In this document: piece after piece, positions 27,760 to 45,366 of the stretch
Layout of the letters: each line of letters begins with the position of its first letter
Numbering within the stretch: the stretch's first letter is position 1
Source: Eledone cirrhosa
Lineage: Eukaryota
Assembly: GCA_964016885.1 (NCBI GenBank)
Contig: OZ024740.1
Coordinates: 166,036,001-166,100,000, forward strand
Reading direction: 5' to 3'
Length of the DNA: 64,000 nt
Made by a program: the position numbers and the translations under genes
The notes under the pieces: model-generated
What the model was told of the DNA's origin: nothing
The model's database searches: none
Seen by the model: the letters and a program-made list of their open reading frames with translations, nothing else

Positions 27760-29385
27760 TAGAGAGACAAAAACAATATGAACAGCAGAGATTGTTCACT
27801 GCAATCCGAAAATATTCTTTAGAACACTGTCAGGGGAACATATTTTAGAAGTTGCAGCATAACAAAGATGCAAAATGGATAAATGAAGTGGAAGATAATT
27901 TATCTAACGAACCAAAATAGACATTGGAAGGAACTTCAAAGGAAGCCGTTTTAAAGTAAGTTAGGAAAATTCTAAACTGAAAATCAGCTGGAGAGAATAG
28001 AATCAAAGGATTCTGATCGAAACAAATTTGAAGTGTTCATTCAAGGCTACGGTAGCACAAGGAGAATTTTCAAGTTGGATGTCGAAGGAAATACAACTAA
28101 TGAAAGATAAACGGAACGTTCTGTTAGTTCTAAACTACAAACCGATTGCTTGCTTGAATTTGCTTGGAAAGATGTTGACTGGAATGTTTGCTGCAAAAGT
28201 GTGTGATCAGATTCTTCGGGGGACAAAAGAGAATATTGCTGTTGACACGCCGATGATGAATAATTACAGAAAACGTCAAAATAATTTCGACGTGGCTTGG
28301 GTAGACTCCAAGAAAGCATTTGACGTGATCATTCATTGTCCACTGGTGTTGTTGCGATGGAGTTTGGTATCGCAAAGTGGGCAACCCGTACTATGAAGAG
28401 AGGTAGGCATGTTTATATAGGGATGAAATTGAGTTACCAGATGCAGAGTCGATTGGCCACCCCGATAAAAGTGGCTACAAATATCAGGGCATTTTGGAGC
28501 TTGACAAAGTTCTAAATGAGAAGATGAAAGGAAATGTGAAGGAAGTCTGTCTGAATAGGTCTAAATATGTTACAAACACCGAAAGTCAATGGAGAAAACT
28601 GAAATACCGTTATCAATGTCTGGGTTTTACCGGTTATTGGATATAGTGCGGTTATTTTGAGTGGGACTAAAGAAGAAATAGAGAAGTTGGATAGGTGTAA
28701 TAACATATTTAACAATAGTGCATCGTACCCGAAGTAAAATTTGATCAGACTCTGTACATCACGGAATGTAAGGCGTCGAGGACTTGTAAGTTTGAAAAAT
28801 TACATGGCTAACGAATGTAGGTCCTTAGACTCATATTTGGCCAGTAGTAAAAAGAAAAGTTACCAAAAGCAGAGGCCTATGCATTGAACCCATTGAAAGT
28901 AAAGGAAAATGCAAACAGAGCCTTTTGGCTGAGAAACTGACCACACGAGGGAGTTTGGAAGTGCATAGTCAATTTGAAAGAAAAATGAAGGAAATAAAAT
29001 TAGGACCTTCATGGAATTGGTTAAAAAATGATATTAAGATACAGAAAGTATATTAATAGCTGCTCAAGAGCAAGCCCTAAACATAAAATCGATAAGGTAT
29101 ATGACCTAGATGAAAAAAAAGTGGAGGATATGTGGGAAAAATTTGGAAAGTGAGTGCCAGCACATACTTGCGCCGAGGGAATATAAAATGCGCCACGATA
29201 AAGTGTGTTTCTCCCTTCATTAGTCTTTATGCAAGAAATATGGTTTTGCAACAACTGAGAAATAGTTGTAGCACAAACTAGAGAGGGTCCTTGAAAATCA
29301 GACTGAAACTCTTGTGGGACTTTACAATCCTGACAGAGAGAGCACTTGAAAATACAAGGCCAGACATAACTTTGGTGGAGAAATA
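27760..29385 (+). mobile_element. Decayed R4/Dong-clade non-LTR retrotransposon (RT + restriction-like endonuclease)
   Basis: NYKPIACLNLLGKMLT, RGTKE, AWVDSKKAFD, RHDKV and KLLWDFTILT..TRPDITLVEK, with many stops and frameshifts. Confidence 0.78.
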
Positions 29386-29641
29386 TCTGTTGTCGCATTT
29401 AAAACGACTGTCTGGTTCTTTGGTTTTTGGTGCTCTTGCATGGATATATGTTAGGTTTTCAAATGGGAGTAAATTGCTATGGGCACTGAATTTCTTCCTG
29501 TAAATTAAAACAACATAAAAACTCAAATTCGTATTTTTTTAAGTCGTCACTTATCAACGTAACAATTTTCATTGCAAAATTAACAAGAGAAAAACAAAAC
29601 AATAGAATACTATATAATAAGCAAATATTTTTTTCTTGCAG

Positions 29642-29771
29642 ATCTTGGTGATTTTACACCGGACCTCTTCGAGCCACGCCTCATAACAGACTTTCCAATG
29701 GTCATCCCGGTGCATTCTAAATTCGAGGTAAAAGTGTTTCCAGCTACTGGAAAACCGAAGCCCACATACAG
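29642..29771 (+). CDS. PTK7: Coding exon, N-terminal half of the next Ig domain (approx. Ig4) of the PTK7/otk-like gene
   Basis: TTTTCTTGCAG acceptor and CAG|GTAAAT donor. 130 bp, phase 1 in and phase 2 out, compatible with both neighbouring exons. Translates as YLGDFTPDLFEPRLITDFPMVIPVHSKFEVKVFPATGKPKPTYR; LFEPR and GxPxP match PTK7. Confidence 0.85.
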
Positions 29772-30040
29772 GTAAATACATTTTCCGTGATATTCTTTTC
29801 TCTGTATATTTTCAACGTTTAATTTATTTTAAAATGAAATCGTTGATTGTGTGTAGGTATGGGAATGAGATTAAGAGGTTTGCTTCGTAGCTCCAGGATT
29901 TGATGGTTCGTAGCTACAAATGTCTTACTAAATGAAACACCGAAAGAGTATTTACTACCATAAACTCCGGTTGAACAATACCTTGTGTATATGGTTATAT
30001 GTGTGTGTGTGAGTGTGTGGAGAGGTGTCTCTCTCCCTTT

Positions 30041-30082
<42 letters not shown>

Positions 30083-30829
30083 ATCCCCAACTCTCTCCCT
30101 CTGTCTCCCTCTGTGTTTTTGAAACTGTATGCATATGCCTATATTTGTATGTATATGTTGATGTTTGTGTCATTTAAATATCACTGCATCAAACGAAAAA
30201 TACTTTGCTGTTTGAGTGATGCTTCAATTTGCAAGTCATTCCCACTCAACTTCAACTACTGACGTAGATATAGTCGAGTAAGATTCCTTGAAGGCTGTGC
30301 CTCAATTTGGCAGCAGTCCAATAAAAGAATAATTATATTATGCCTTAATTTAATACTGATTCTTTGTGTCTGATTAATTGAGACCGTTTACACTTTTCAT
30401 CTGCAAGGATTCCTGTTATAGTCTGGTTAAAGGGTTTGGTTCTACTGCCACAAGGCTTAATTTTACAGTTAAACGATGACCTCTTGAGAAATAAACGAAT
30501 GTTATTTCCAGCAGTGTGCCACAAATCAATAAAAACATTACGTTTTCGAGGATCTTGAAGTTCTAAATATCAAAGAAATTACTTTTCACCTTGCCATGAA
30601 ACACTTTTAACGTGGGTGAGGTATAATGTATTAGATGGTACAAATCGATCATATTGCATTGCAGTTATTTTATGTAGCTTAACAGAACATTATTCCTTTA
30701 CTATATGATGCTTTAACTCTCTCTTAATTAATTAGAATATTCTATTTATACAACGTGTTGTTCAGAAAAATCTATCGAATCAAAGGTCTTGATTAATGGA
30801 AGAATATATTTGTATTTGACAACTCAAAA

Positions 30830-31830
30830 TCTATCATCGGTGCCACCATCCGGCGCTGTGCAGAACTAATCTGTGATGTCAGTTTCGACATGCCGTCGAA
30901 ACCCCCAGCGAGGTTCGGTGGCCTCGGCCTCCGATTCGCTTCGGATCTGGCACTACCTTTCCTCAATCTTCCCCAGTTGCAACATCATCAGCAGGGTCCT
31001 CAGCAAGACGGCCGTACCTAGCATGACCCGATACCTCGAGCTGGCTTTGGCCGACTGGACAGGCGAAGGGCTCTCTGTCCCCCGTAACCGTGACGACATC
31101 AAATGCAGCTCTTCCTTCCGGCGGATTGAGTCTGGCTCGGACAAACACCACTCCGCCTGCCTCCAATCCGCTTCACAGCCAAACAGCGGTGCGTGGGTCA
31201 ATTCAGTGTCCTCTTAATCAAATGTTACCCTGTTTGATGACGCGTGCTATCGCATTAGAATGTGAGCAACCTAATTGGCGTTGTGGGGCTTTTGTTGACA
31301 AGTTTGACCTGCACCCACTGTCATGCCACCAGAGCGATGGCTGGTTACCCCGACAAGAAGCTCTCAATGACATATTGAAAAGAAGACTGCATGCAGCATG
31401 GTTCCTATCACAACTGGAGCCAGCAGGCCCCGATTGCGGAGATGGCAAGCGCCCTACGGTATTACCCTCTTCCCATTCGAAGGAGTTAAATTCTTCATGT
31501 CGGATGCCACATGTTGTGACACGTTTTCCACCTCGAAAATAGTTGCTTTGTCCACAAACTGCGGTACTGCGGCCTACAATGCAGAGGAAGACAACAAAAT
31601 ATCGGGGTTTGTCAAACCACTTCCTCTTCGAACTGGTCACCGTCGAGACCTCAGGCGAACTCAGACCTCATACTGCGGAGATCCTCTGCAAGATCGGAAC
31701 GTTATCAGCCCGTCTAAGGAAGGAGAACCTGCGAGTTGGAGTGGCTGTTGTAGCGAGTGTCACTGGACACTGTCCGCAAAAAGACTTCTGCAGCTTTGTT
31801 TGGGGCGGCGGCAGCTCTGAAAAATAATAC
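30830..31830 (+). mobile_element. 5'-truncated, decayed CRE-clade non-LTR retrotransposon (zinc knuckle + RLE)
   Basis: GC-rich island. Contains SGAWVNS, CGAFVDKFDLHPLSC, ALNDILKR, LEPAG..GDGKRP(Y)GITLFPF..DATCCDT and VETSG across frameshifts. Confidence 0.8.
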
Positions 31831-31859
31831 TCGTGTATGGATCTGTATATATATATATA

Positions 31860-32304
31860 TAAATAAGTAGAAGGGGTTTTAAATTTGTTTGAAGTCCAAC
31901 GAATATAAATGGTTATAACTGATTTAGAGCACCCAACAGTTTACTCGAGTAAATATTCAATGATATCAAATAAGTGGAAACTATATTTATAAAACCATAT
32001 TTATTTTATTATATATATTTCAAGGGTACCAAGACACATCGATACGCTTTCATCAGATAAAATACAAAGTTTGTTTTATAAATAGAGACATACCCATGAA
32101 AATCATACCTTATCGGTTGGAAATTAACTTGATATCCAGTGAATTTCTAAACGATAAGGTATGATTTTCATGGGTATGTCTCTATTTATAAAACAAACTA
32201 TGTATTTTATCTGATGAAAGCGTATCAATGTGTCTTGGTACCCTTGACATATATATAATAAAATAAATATCGTTTTATAAATATAGTTTCCATTTATTTA
32301 ATAT

Positions 32305-32310
<6 letters not shown>
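31860..32310. mobile_element. Foldback element (family B) with divergent hammerheads, flanked by (TA)n
   Basis: Inverted arms span ~31957-32310, centred near 32134. The minus motif at 32002-32064 has an intact core; the plus-arm copy has GACA instead of GAAA. Confidence 0.87.
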
Positions 32311-32359
<49 letters not shown>

Positions 32360-32437
32360 ATTATATATATATATATATTATATATATATATTATATATAT
32401 ATATATATATATTATATACATATATATTATATATATA

Positions 32438-32595
32438 TGATATTAAATAAATGGAAACTATATTTATAAAACCATATTTATTTCGTTATATATATTTCAG
32501 GGATATCATATTAACAATACGTTATGCCATCTTCAGACAAAATACAATATAAACAGTCTTATAAATAAATAGATACGACATACCTTTCAATAACC
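32438..32595 (-). mobile_element. Single-arm diverged family B copy with a hammerhead motif
   Basis: Homologous to the family B arm. Minus strand 32479-32544 reads TATTTTGT-CTGAAGA-...-GAAA-TATATA-TA-ACGAAATA. Confidence 0.75.
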
Positions 32596-32625
32596 TTGCA
32601 TTTGGCAGGTTGATTTGGCAGGTTG

Positions 32626-32963
<338 letters not shown>

Positions 32964-35586
32964 TTGGAATAAATGCTCTGAAATAGCGATATATATGTGA
33001 ATATAGACACAGAATATTCGAAAATATTCTGTATGTTTATAATAAACATTTTGAAGACCTAATCGCTATAGAATAGAATACGTCACGTATTACAATTAGA
33101 TTCTCGATAAAAGCAAGGGAAGTAAGTCTACGCGTTTCATTCTTGTTAGAATTCATCAGGACTACATATCCAGTGCTTTTATCGAGAATGACACAGCTAG
33201 AGACTTATAGAATACTTAGCTGTGTACAGGAACTGGTTTGAAAGAGCGGTTGCCGGTCCGGCAGAAATTAGAAATTGGAATAAATGCTCTGAAATAGCGA
33301 TATATATGTGAATATAGACACAGAATATTCGAAAATATTCTGTATGTTTATAATAAACATTTTGAAGACCTAATCGCTATAGAATAGAATACGTCACGTA
33401 TTACAATTAGATTCTCGATAAAAGCAAGGGAAGTAAGTCTACGCGTTTCATTCTTGTTAGAATTCATCAGGACTACATATCCAGTGCTTTTATCGAGAAT
33501 GACACAGCTAGAGACTTATAGAATACTTAGCTGTGTACAGGAACTGGTTTGAAAGAGCGGTTGCCGGTCCGGCAGAAATTAGAAATTGGAATAAATGCTC
33601 TGAAATAGCGATATATATGTGAATATAGACACAGAATATTCGAAAATATTCTGTATGTTTATAATAAACATTTTGAAGACCTAATCGCTATAGAATAGAA
33701 TACGTCACGTATTACAATTAGATTCTCGATAAAAGCAAGGGAAGTAAGTCTACGCGTTTCATTCTTGTTAGAATTCATCAGGACTACATATCCAGTGCTT
33801 TTATCGAGAATGACACAGCTAGAGACTTATAGAATACTTAGCTGTGTACAGGAACTGGTTTGAAAGAGCGGTTGCCGGTCCGGCAGAAATTAGAAATTGG
33901 AATAAATGCTCTGAAATAGCGATATATATGTGAATATAGACACAGAATATTCGAAAATATTCTGTATGTTTATAATAAACATTTTGAAGACCTAATCGCT
34001 ATAGAATAGAATACGTCACGTATTACAATTAGATTCTCGATAAAAGCAAGGGAAGTAAGTCTACGCGTTTCATTCTTGTTAGAATTCATCAGGACTACAT
34101 ATCCAGTGCTTTTATCGAGAATGACACAGCTAGAGACTTATAGAATACTTAGCTGTGTACAGGAACTGGTTTGAAAGAGCGGTTGCCGGTCCGGCAGAAA
34201 TTAGAAATTGGAATAAATGCTCTGAAATAGCGATATATATGTGAATATAGACACAGAATATTCGAAAATATTCTGTATGTTTATAATAAACATTTTGAAG
34301 ACCTAATCGCTATAGAATAGAATACGTCACGTATTACAATTAGATTCTCGATAAAAGCAAGGGAAGTAAGTCTACGCGTTTCATTCTTGTTAGAATTCAT
34401 CAGGACTACATATCCAGTGCTTTTATCGAGAATGACACAGCTAGAGACTTATAGAATACTTAGCTGTGTACAGGAACTGGTTTGAAAGAGCGGTTGCCGG
34501 TCCGGCAGAAATTAGAAATTGGAATAAATGCTCTGAAATAGCGATATATATGTGAATATAGACACAGAATATTCGAAAATATTCTGTATGTTTATAATAA
34601 ACATTTTGAAGACCTAATCGCTATAGAATAGAATACGTCACGTATTACAATTAGATTCTCGATAAAAGCAAGGGAAGTAAGTATACGCGTTTCATTCTTG
34701 TTAGAATTCATCAGGACTACATATCCAGTGCTTTTATCGAGAATGACACAGCTAGAGACTTATAGAATACTTAGCTGTGTACAGGAACTGGTTTGAAAGA
34801 GCGGTTGCCGGTCCGGCAGAAATTAGAAATTGGAATAAATGCTCTGAAATAGCGATATATATGTGAATATAGACACAGAATATTCGAAAATATTCTGTAT
34901 GTTTATAATAAACATTTTGAAGACCTAATCGCTATAGAATAGAATACGTCACGTATTACAATTAGATTCTCGATAAAAGCAAGGGAAGTAAGTCTACGCG
35001 TTTCATTCTTGTTAGAATTCATCAGGACTACATATCCAGTGCTTTTATCGAGAATGACACAGCTAGAGACTTATAGAATACTTAGCTGTGTACAGGAACT
35101 GGTTTGAAAGAGCGGTTGCCGGTCCGGCAGAAATTAGAAATTGGAATAAATGCTCTGAAATAGCGATATATATGTGAATATAGACACAGAATATTCGAAA
35201 ATATTCTGTATGTTTATAATAAACATTTTGAAGACCTAATCGCTATAGAATAGAATACGTCACGTATTACAATTAGATTCTCGATAAAAGCAAGGGAAGT
35301 AAGTCTACGCGTTTCATTCTTGTTAGAATTCATCAGGACTACATATCCAGTGCTTTTATCGAGAATGACACAGCTAGAGACTTATAGAATACTTAGCTGT
35401 GTACAGGAACTGGTTTGAAAGAGCGGTTGCCGGTCCGGCAGAAATTAGAAATTGGAATAAATGCTCTGAAATAGCGATATATATGTGAATATAGACACAG
35501 AATATTCGAAAATATTCTGTATGTTTATAATAAACATTTTGAAGACCTAATCGCTATAGAATAGAATACGTCACGTATTACAATTA
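32964..35586 (-). repeat. Left arm of the 311-bp hammerhead-containing tandem array (8 full units + 135 bp)
   Basis: TTGGAATAAATGCTC recurs at 32964, 33275, 33586 ... 35452 (period 311). Hammerheads lie on the minus strand with left ends at 33122, 33433, 33744, 34055, 34366, 34677, 34988 and 35299. Confidence 0.97.
33122..33165 (-). ncRNA. Minimal type I hammerhead ribozyme (representative of 8 minus-strand copies)
   Basis: Reverse complement of GTAAGTCTACGCGTTTCATTCTTGTTAGAATTCATCAGGACTAC; identical to the plus-arm motif. Confidence 0.92.
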
Positions 35587-38500
35587 CACTGGATATGTAG
35601 TCCTGATGAATTCTAACAAGAATGAAACGCGTAGACTTACTTCCCTTGCTTTTATCGAGAATCTAATTGTAATACGTGACGTATTCTATTCTATAGCGAT
35701 TAGGTCTTCAAAATGTTTATTATAAACATACAGAATATTTTCGAATATTCTGTGTCTATATTCACATATATATCGCTATTTCAGAGCATTTATTCCAATT
35801 TCTAATTTCTGCCGGACCGGCAACCGCTCTTTCAAACCAGTTCCTGTACACAGCTAAGTATTCTATAAGTCTCTAGCTGTGTCATTCTCGATAAAAGCAC
35901 TGGATATGTAGTCCTGATGAATTCTAACAAGAATGAAACGCGTAGACTTACTTCCCTTGCTTTTATCGAGAATCTAATTGTAATACGTGACGTATTCTAT
36001 TCTATAGCGATTAGGTCTTCAAAATGTTTATTATAAACATACAGAATATTTTCGAATATTCTGTGTCTATATTCACATATATATCGCTATTTCAGAGCAT
36101 TTATTCCAATTTCTAATTTCTGCCGGACCGGCAACCGCTCTTTCAAACCAGTTCCTGTACACAGCTAAGTATTCTATAAGTCTCTAGCTGTGTCATTCTC
36201 GATAAAAGCACTGGATATGTAGTCCTGATGAATTCTAACAAGAATGAAACGCGTAGACTTACTTCCCTTGCTTTTATCGAGAATCTAATTGTAATACGTG
36301 ACGTATTCTATTCTATAGCGATTAGGTCTTCAAAATGTTTATTATAAACATACAGAATATTTTCGAATATTCTGTGTCTATATTCACATATATATCGCTA
36401 TTTCAGAGCATTTATTCCAATTTCTAATTTCTGCCGGACCGGCAACCGCTCTTTCAAACCAGTTCCTGTACACAGCTAAGTATTCTATAAGTCTCTAGCT
36501 GTGTCATTCTCGATAAAAGCACTGGATATGTAGTCCTGATGAATTCTAACAAGAATGAAACGCGTAGACTTACTTCCCTTGCTTTTATCGAGAATCTAAT
36601 TGTAATACGTGACGTATTCTATTCTATAGCGATTAGGTCTTCAAAATGTTTATTATAAACATACAGAATATTTTCGAATATTCTGTGTCTATATTCACAT
36701 ATATATCGCTATTTCAGAGCATTTATTCCAATTTCTAATTTCTGCCGGACCGGCAACCGCTCTTTCAAACCAGTTCCTGTACACAGCTAAGTATTCTATA
36801 AGTCTCTAGCTGTGTCATTCTCGATAAAAGCACTGGATATGTAGTCCTGATGAATTCTAACAAGAATGAAACGCGTAGACTTACTTCCCTTGCTTTTATC
36901 GAGAATCTAATTGTAATACGTGACGTATTCTATTCTATAGCGATTAGGTCTTCAAAATGTTTATTATAAACATACAGAATATTTTCGAATATTCTGTGTC
37001 TATATTCACATATATATCGCTATTTCAGAGCATTTATTCCAATTTCTAATTTCTGCCGGACCGGCAACCGCTCTTTCAAACCAGTTCCTGTACACAGCTA
37101 AGTATTCTATAAGTCTCTAGCTGTGTCATTCTCGATAAAAGCACTGGATATGTAGTCCTGATGAATTCTAACAAGAATGAAACGCGTAGACTTACTTCCC
37201 TTGCTTTTATCGAGAATCTAATTGTAATACGTGACGTATTCTATTCTATAGCGATTAGGTCTTCAAAATGTTTATTATAAACATACAGAATATTTTCGAA
37301 TATTCTGTGTCTATATTCACATATATATCGCTATTTCAGAGCATTTATTCCAATTTCTAATTTCTGCCGGACCGGCAACCGCTCTTTCAAACCAGTTCCT
37401 GTACACAGCTAAGATTCTATAAGTCTCTAGCTGTGTCATTCTCGATAAAAGCACTGGATATGTAGTCCTGATGAATTCTAACAAGAATGAAACGCGTAGA
37501 CTTACTTCCCTTGCTTTTATCGAGAATCTAATTGTAATACGTGACGTATTCTATTCTATAGCGATTAGGTCTTCAAAATGTTTATTATAAACATACAGAA
37601 TATTTTCGAATATTCTGTGTCTATATTCACATATATATCGCTATTTCAGAGCATTTATTCCAATTTCTAATTTCTGCCGGACCGGCAACCGCTCTTTCAA
37701 ACCAGTTCCTGTACACAGCTAAGTATTCTATAAGTCTCTAGCTGTGTCATTCTCGATAAAAGCACTGGATATGTAGTCCTGATGAATTCTAACAAGAATG
37801 AAACGCGTAGACTTACTTCCCTTGCTTTTATCGAGAATCTAATTGTAATACGTGACGTATTCTATTCTATAGCGATTAGGTCTTCAAAATGTTTATTATA
37901 AACATACAGAATATTTTCGAATATTCTGTGTCTATATTCACATATATATCGCTATTTCAGAGCATTTATTCCAATTTCTAATTTCTGCCGGACCGGCAAC
38001 CGCTCTTTCAAACCAGTTCCTGTACACAGCTAAGTATTCTATAAGTCTCTAGCTGTGTCATTCTCGATAAAAGCACTGGATATGTAGTCCTGATGAATTC
38101 TAACAAGAATGAAACGCGTAGACTTACTTCCCTTGCTTTTATCGAGAATCTAATTGTAATACGTGACGTATTCTATTCTATAGCGATTAGGTCTTCAAAA
38201 TGTTTATTATAAACATACAGAATATTTTCGAATATTCTGTGTCTATATTCACATATATATCGCTATTTCAGAGCATTTATTCCAATTTCTAATTTCTGCC
38301 GGACCGGCAACCGCTCTTTCAAACCAGTTCCTGTACACAGCTAAGTATTCTATAAGTCTCTAGCTGTGTCATTCTCGATAAAAGCACTGGATATGTAGTC
38401 CTGATGAATTCTAACAAGAATGAAACGCGTAGACTTACTTCCCTTGCTTTTATCGAGAATCTAATTGTAATACGTGACGTATTCTATTCTATAGCGATTA

Positions 38501-39804
38501 GGTCTTCAAAATGTTTATTATAAACATACAGAATATTTTCGAATATTCTGTGTCTATATTCACATATATATCGCTATTTCAGAGCATTTATTCCAATTTC
38601 TAATTTCTGCCGGACCGGCAACCGCTCTTTCAAACCAGTTCCTGTACACAGCTAAGTATTCTATAAGTCTCTAGCTGTGTCATTCTCGATAAAAGCACTG
38701 GATATGTAGTCCTGATGAATTCTAACAAGAATGAAACGCGTAGACTTACTTCCCTTGCTTTTATCGAGAATCTAATTGTAATACGTGACGTATTCTATTC
38801 TATAGCGATTAGGTCTTCAAAATGTTTATTATAAACATACAGAATATTTTCGAATATTCTGTGTCTATATTCACATATATATCGCTATTTCAGAGCATTT
38901 ATTCCAATTTCTAATTTCTGCCGGACCGGCAACCGCTCTTTCAAACCAGTTCCTGTACACAGCTAAGTATTCTATAAGTCTCTAGCTGTGTCATTCTCGA
39001 TAAAAGCACTGGATATGTAGTCCTGATGAATTCTAACAAGAATGAAACGCGTAGACTTACTTCCCTTGCTTTTATCGAGAATCTAATTGTAATACGTGAC
39101 GTATTCTATTCTATAGCGATTAGGTCTTCAAAATGTTTATTATAAACATACAGAATATTTTCGAATATTCTGTGTCTATATTCACATATATATCGCTATT
39201 TCAGAGCATTTATTCCAATTTCTAATTTCTGCCGGACCGGCAACCGCTCTTTCAAACCAGTTCCTGTACACAGCTAAGTATTCTATAAGTCTCTAGCTGT
39301 GTCATTCTCGATAAAAGCACTGGATATGTAGTCCTGATGAATTCTAACAAGAATGAAACGCGTAGACTTACTTCCCTTGCTTTTATCGAGAATCTAATTG
39401 TAATACGTGACGTATTCTATTCTATAGCGATTAGGTCTTCAAAATGTTTATTATAAACATACAGAATATTTTCGAATATTCTGTGTCTATATTCACATAT
39501 ATATCGCTATTTCAGAGCATTTATTCCAATTTCTAATTTCTGCCGGACCGGCAACCGCTCTTTCAAACCAGTTCCTGTACACAGCTAAGTATTCTATAAG
39601 TCTCTAGCTGTGTCATTCTCGATAAAAGCACTGGATATGTAGTCCTGATGAATTCTAACAAGAATGAAACGCGTAGACTTACTTCCCTTGCTTTTATCGA
39701 GAATCTAATTGTAATACGTGACGTATTCTATTCTATAGCGATTAGGTCTTCAAAATGTTTATTATAAACATACAGAATATTTTCGAATATTCTGTGTCTA
39801 TATT

Positions 39805-39815
<11 letters not shown>
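35587..39815 (+). repeat. Right arm of the 311-bp hammerhead-containing tandem array (13 full units + partial), inverted relative to the left arm
   Basis: CACTGGATATGTAGTCCTGATG recurs at 35587, 35898 ... 37142, 37452 (one unit is 310 bp) ... 39629. The unit is the reverse complement of the left-arm unit. 14 hammerheads lie on the + strand. Confidence 0.97.
35597..35640 (+). ncRNA. Minimal type I hammerhead ribozyme (representative of 14 plus-strand copies)
   Basis: GTAGTC-CTGATGA-ATTC(TAACAA)GAAT-GAAA-CGCG-TA-GACTTAC: stem I, intact CUGAUGA/GAAA core, 4-bp stem II, palindromic CGCG stem III, and a GUA cleavage triplet (cut after 35633). Confidence 0.92.

Positions 39816-45366
<5,551 letters not shown>

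Noticed and set aside
32964-39815. Array considered as a CRISPR array, a 5S/snRNA gene cluster or a plain satellite
   Set aside because: No variable spacers and a eukaryotic context. No recognisable 5S or snRNA sequence. A plain satellite does not explain the intact ribozyme and structured monomer.
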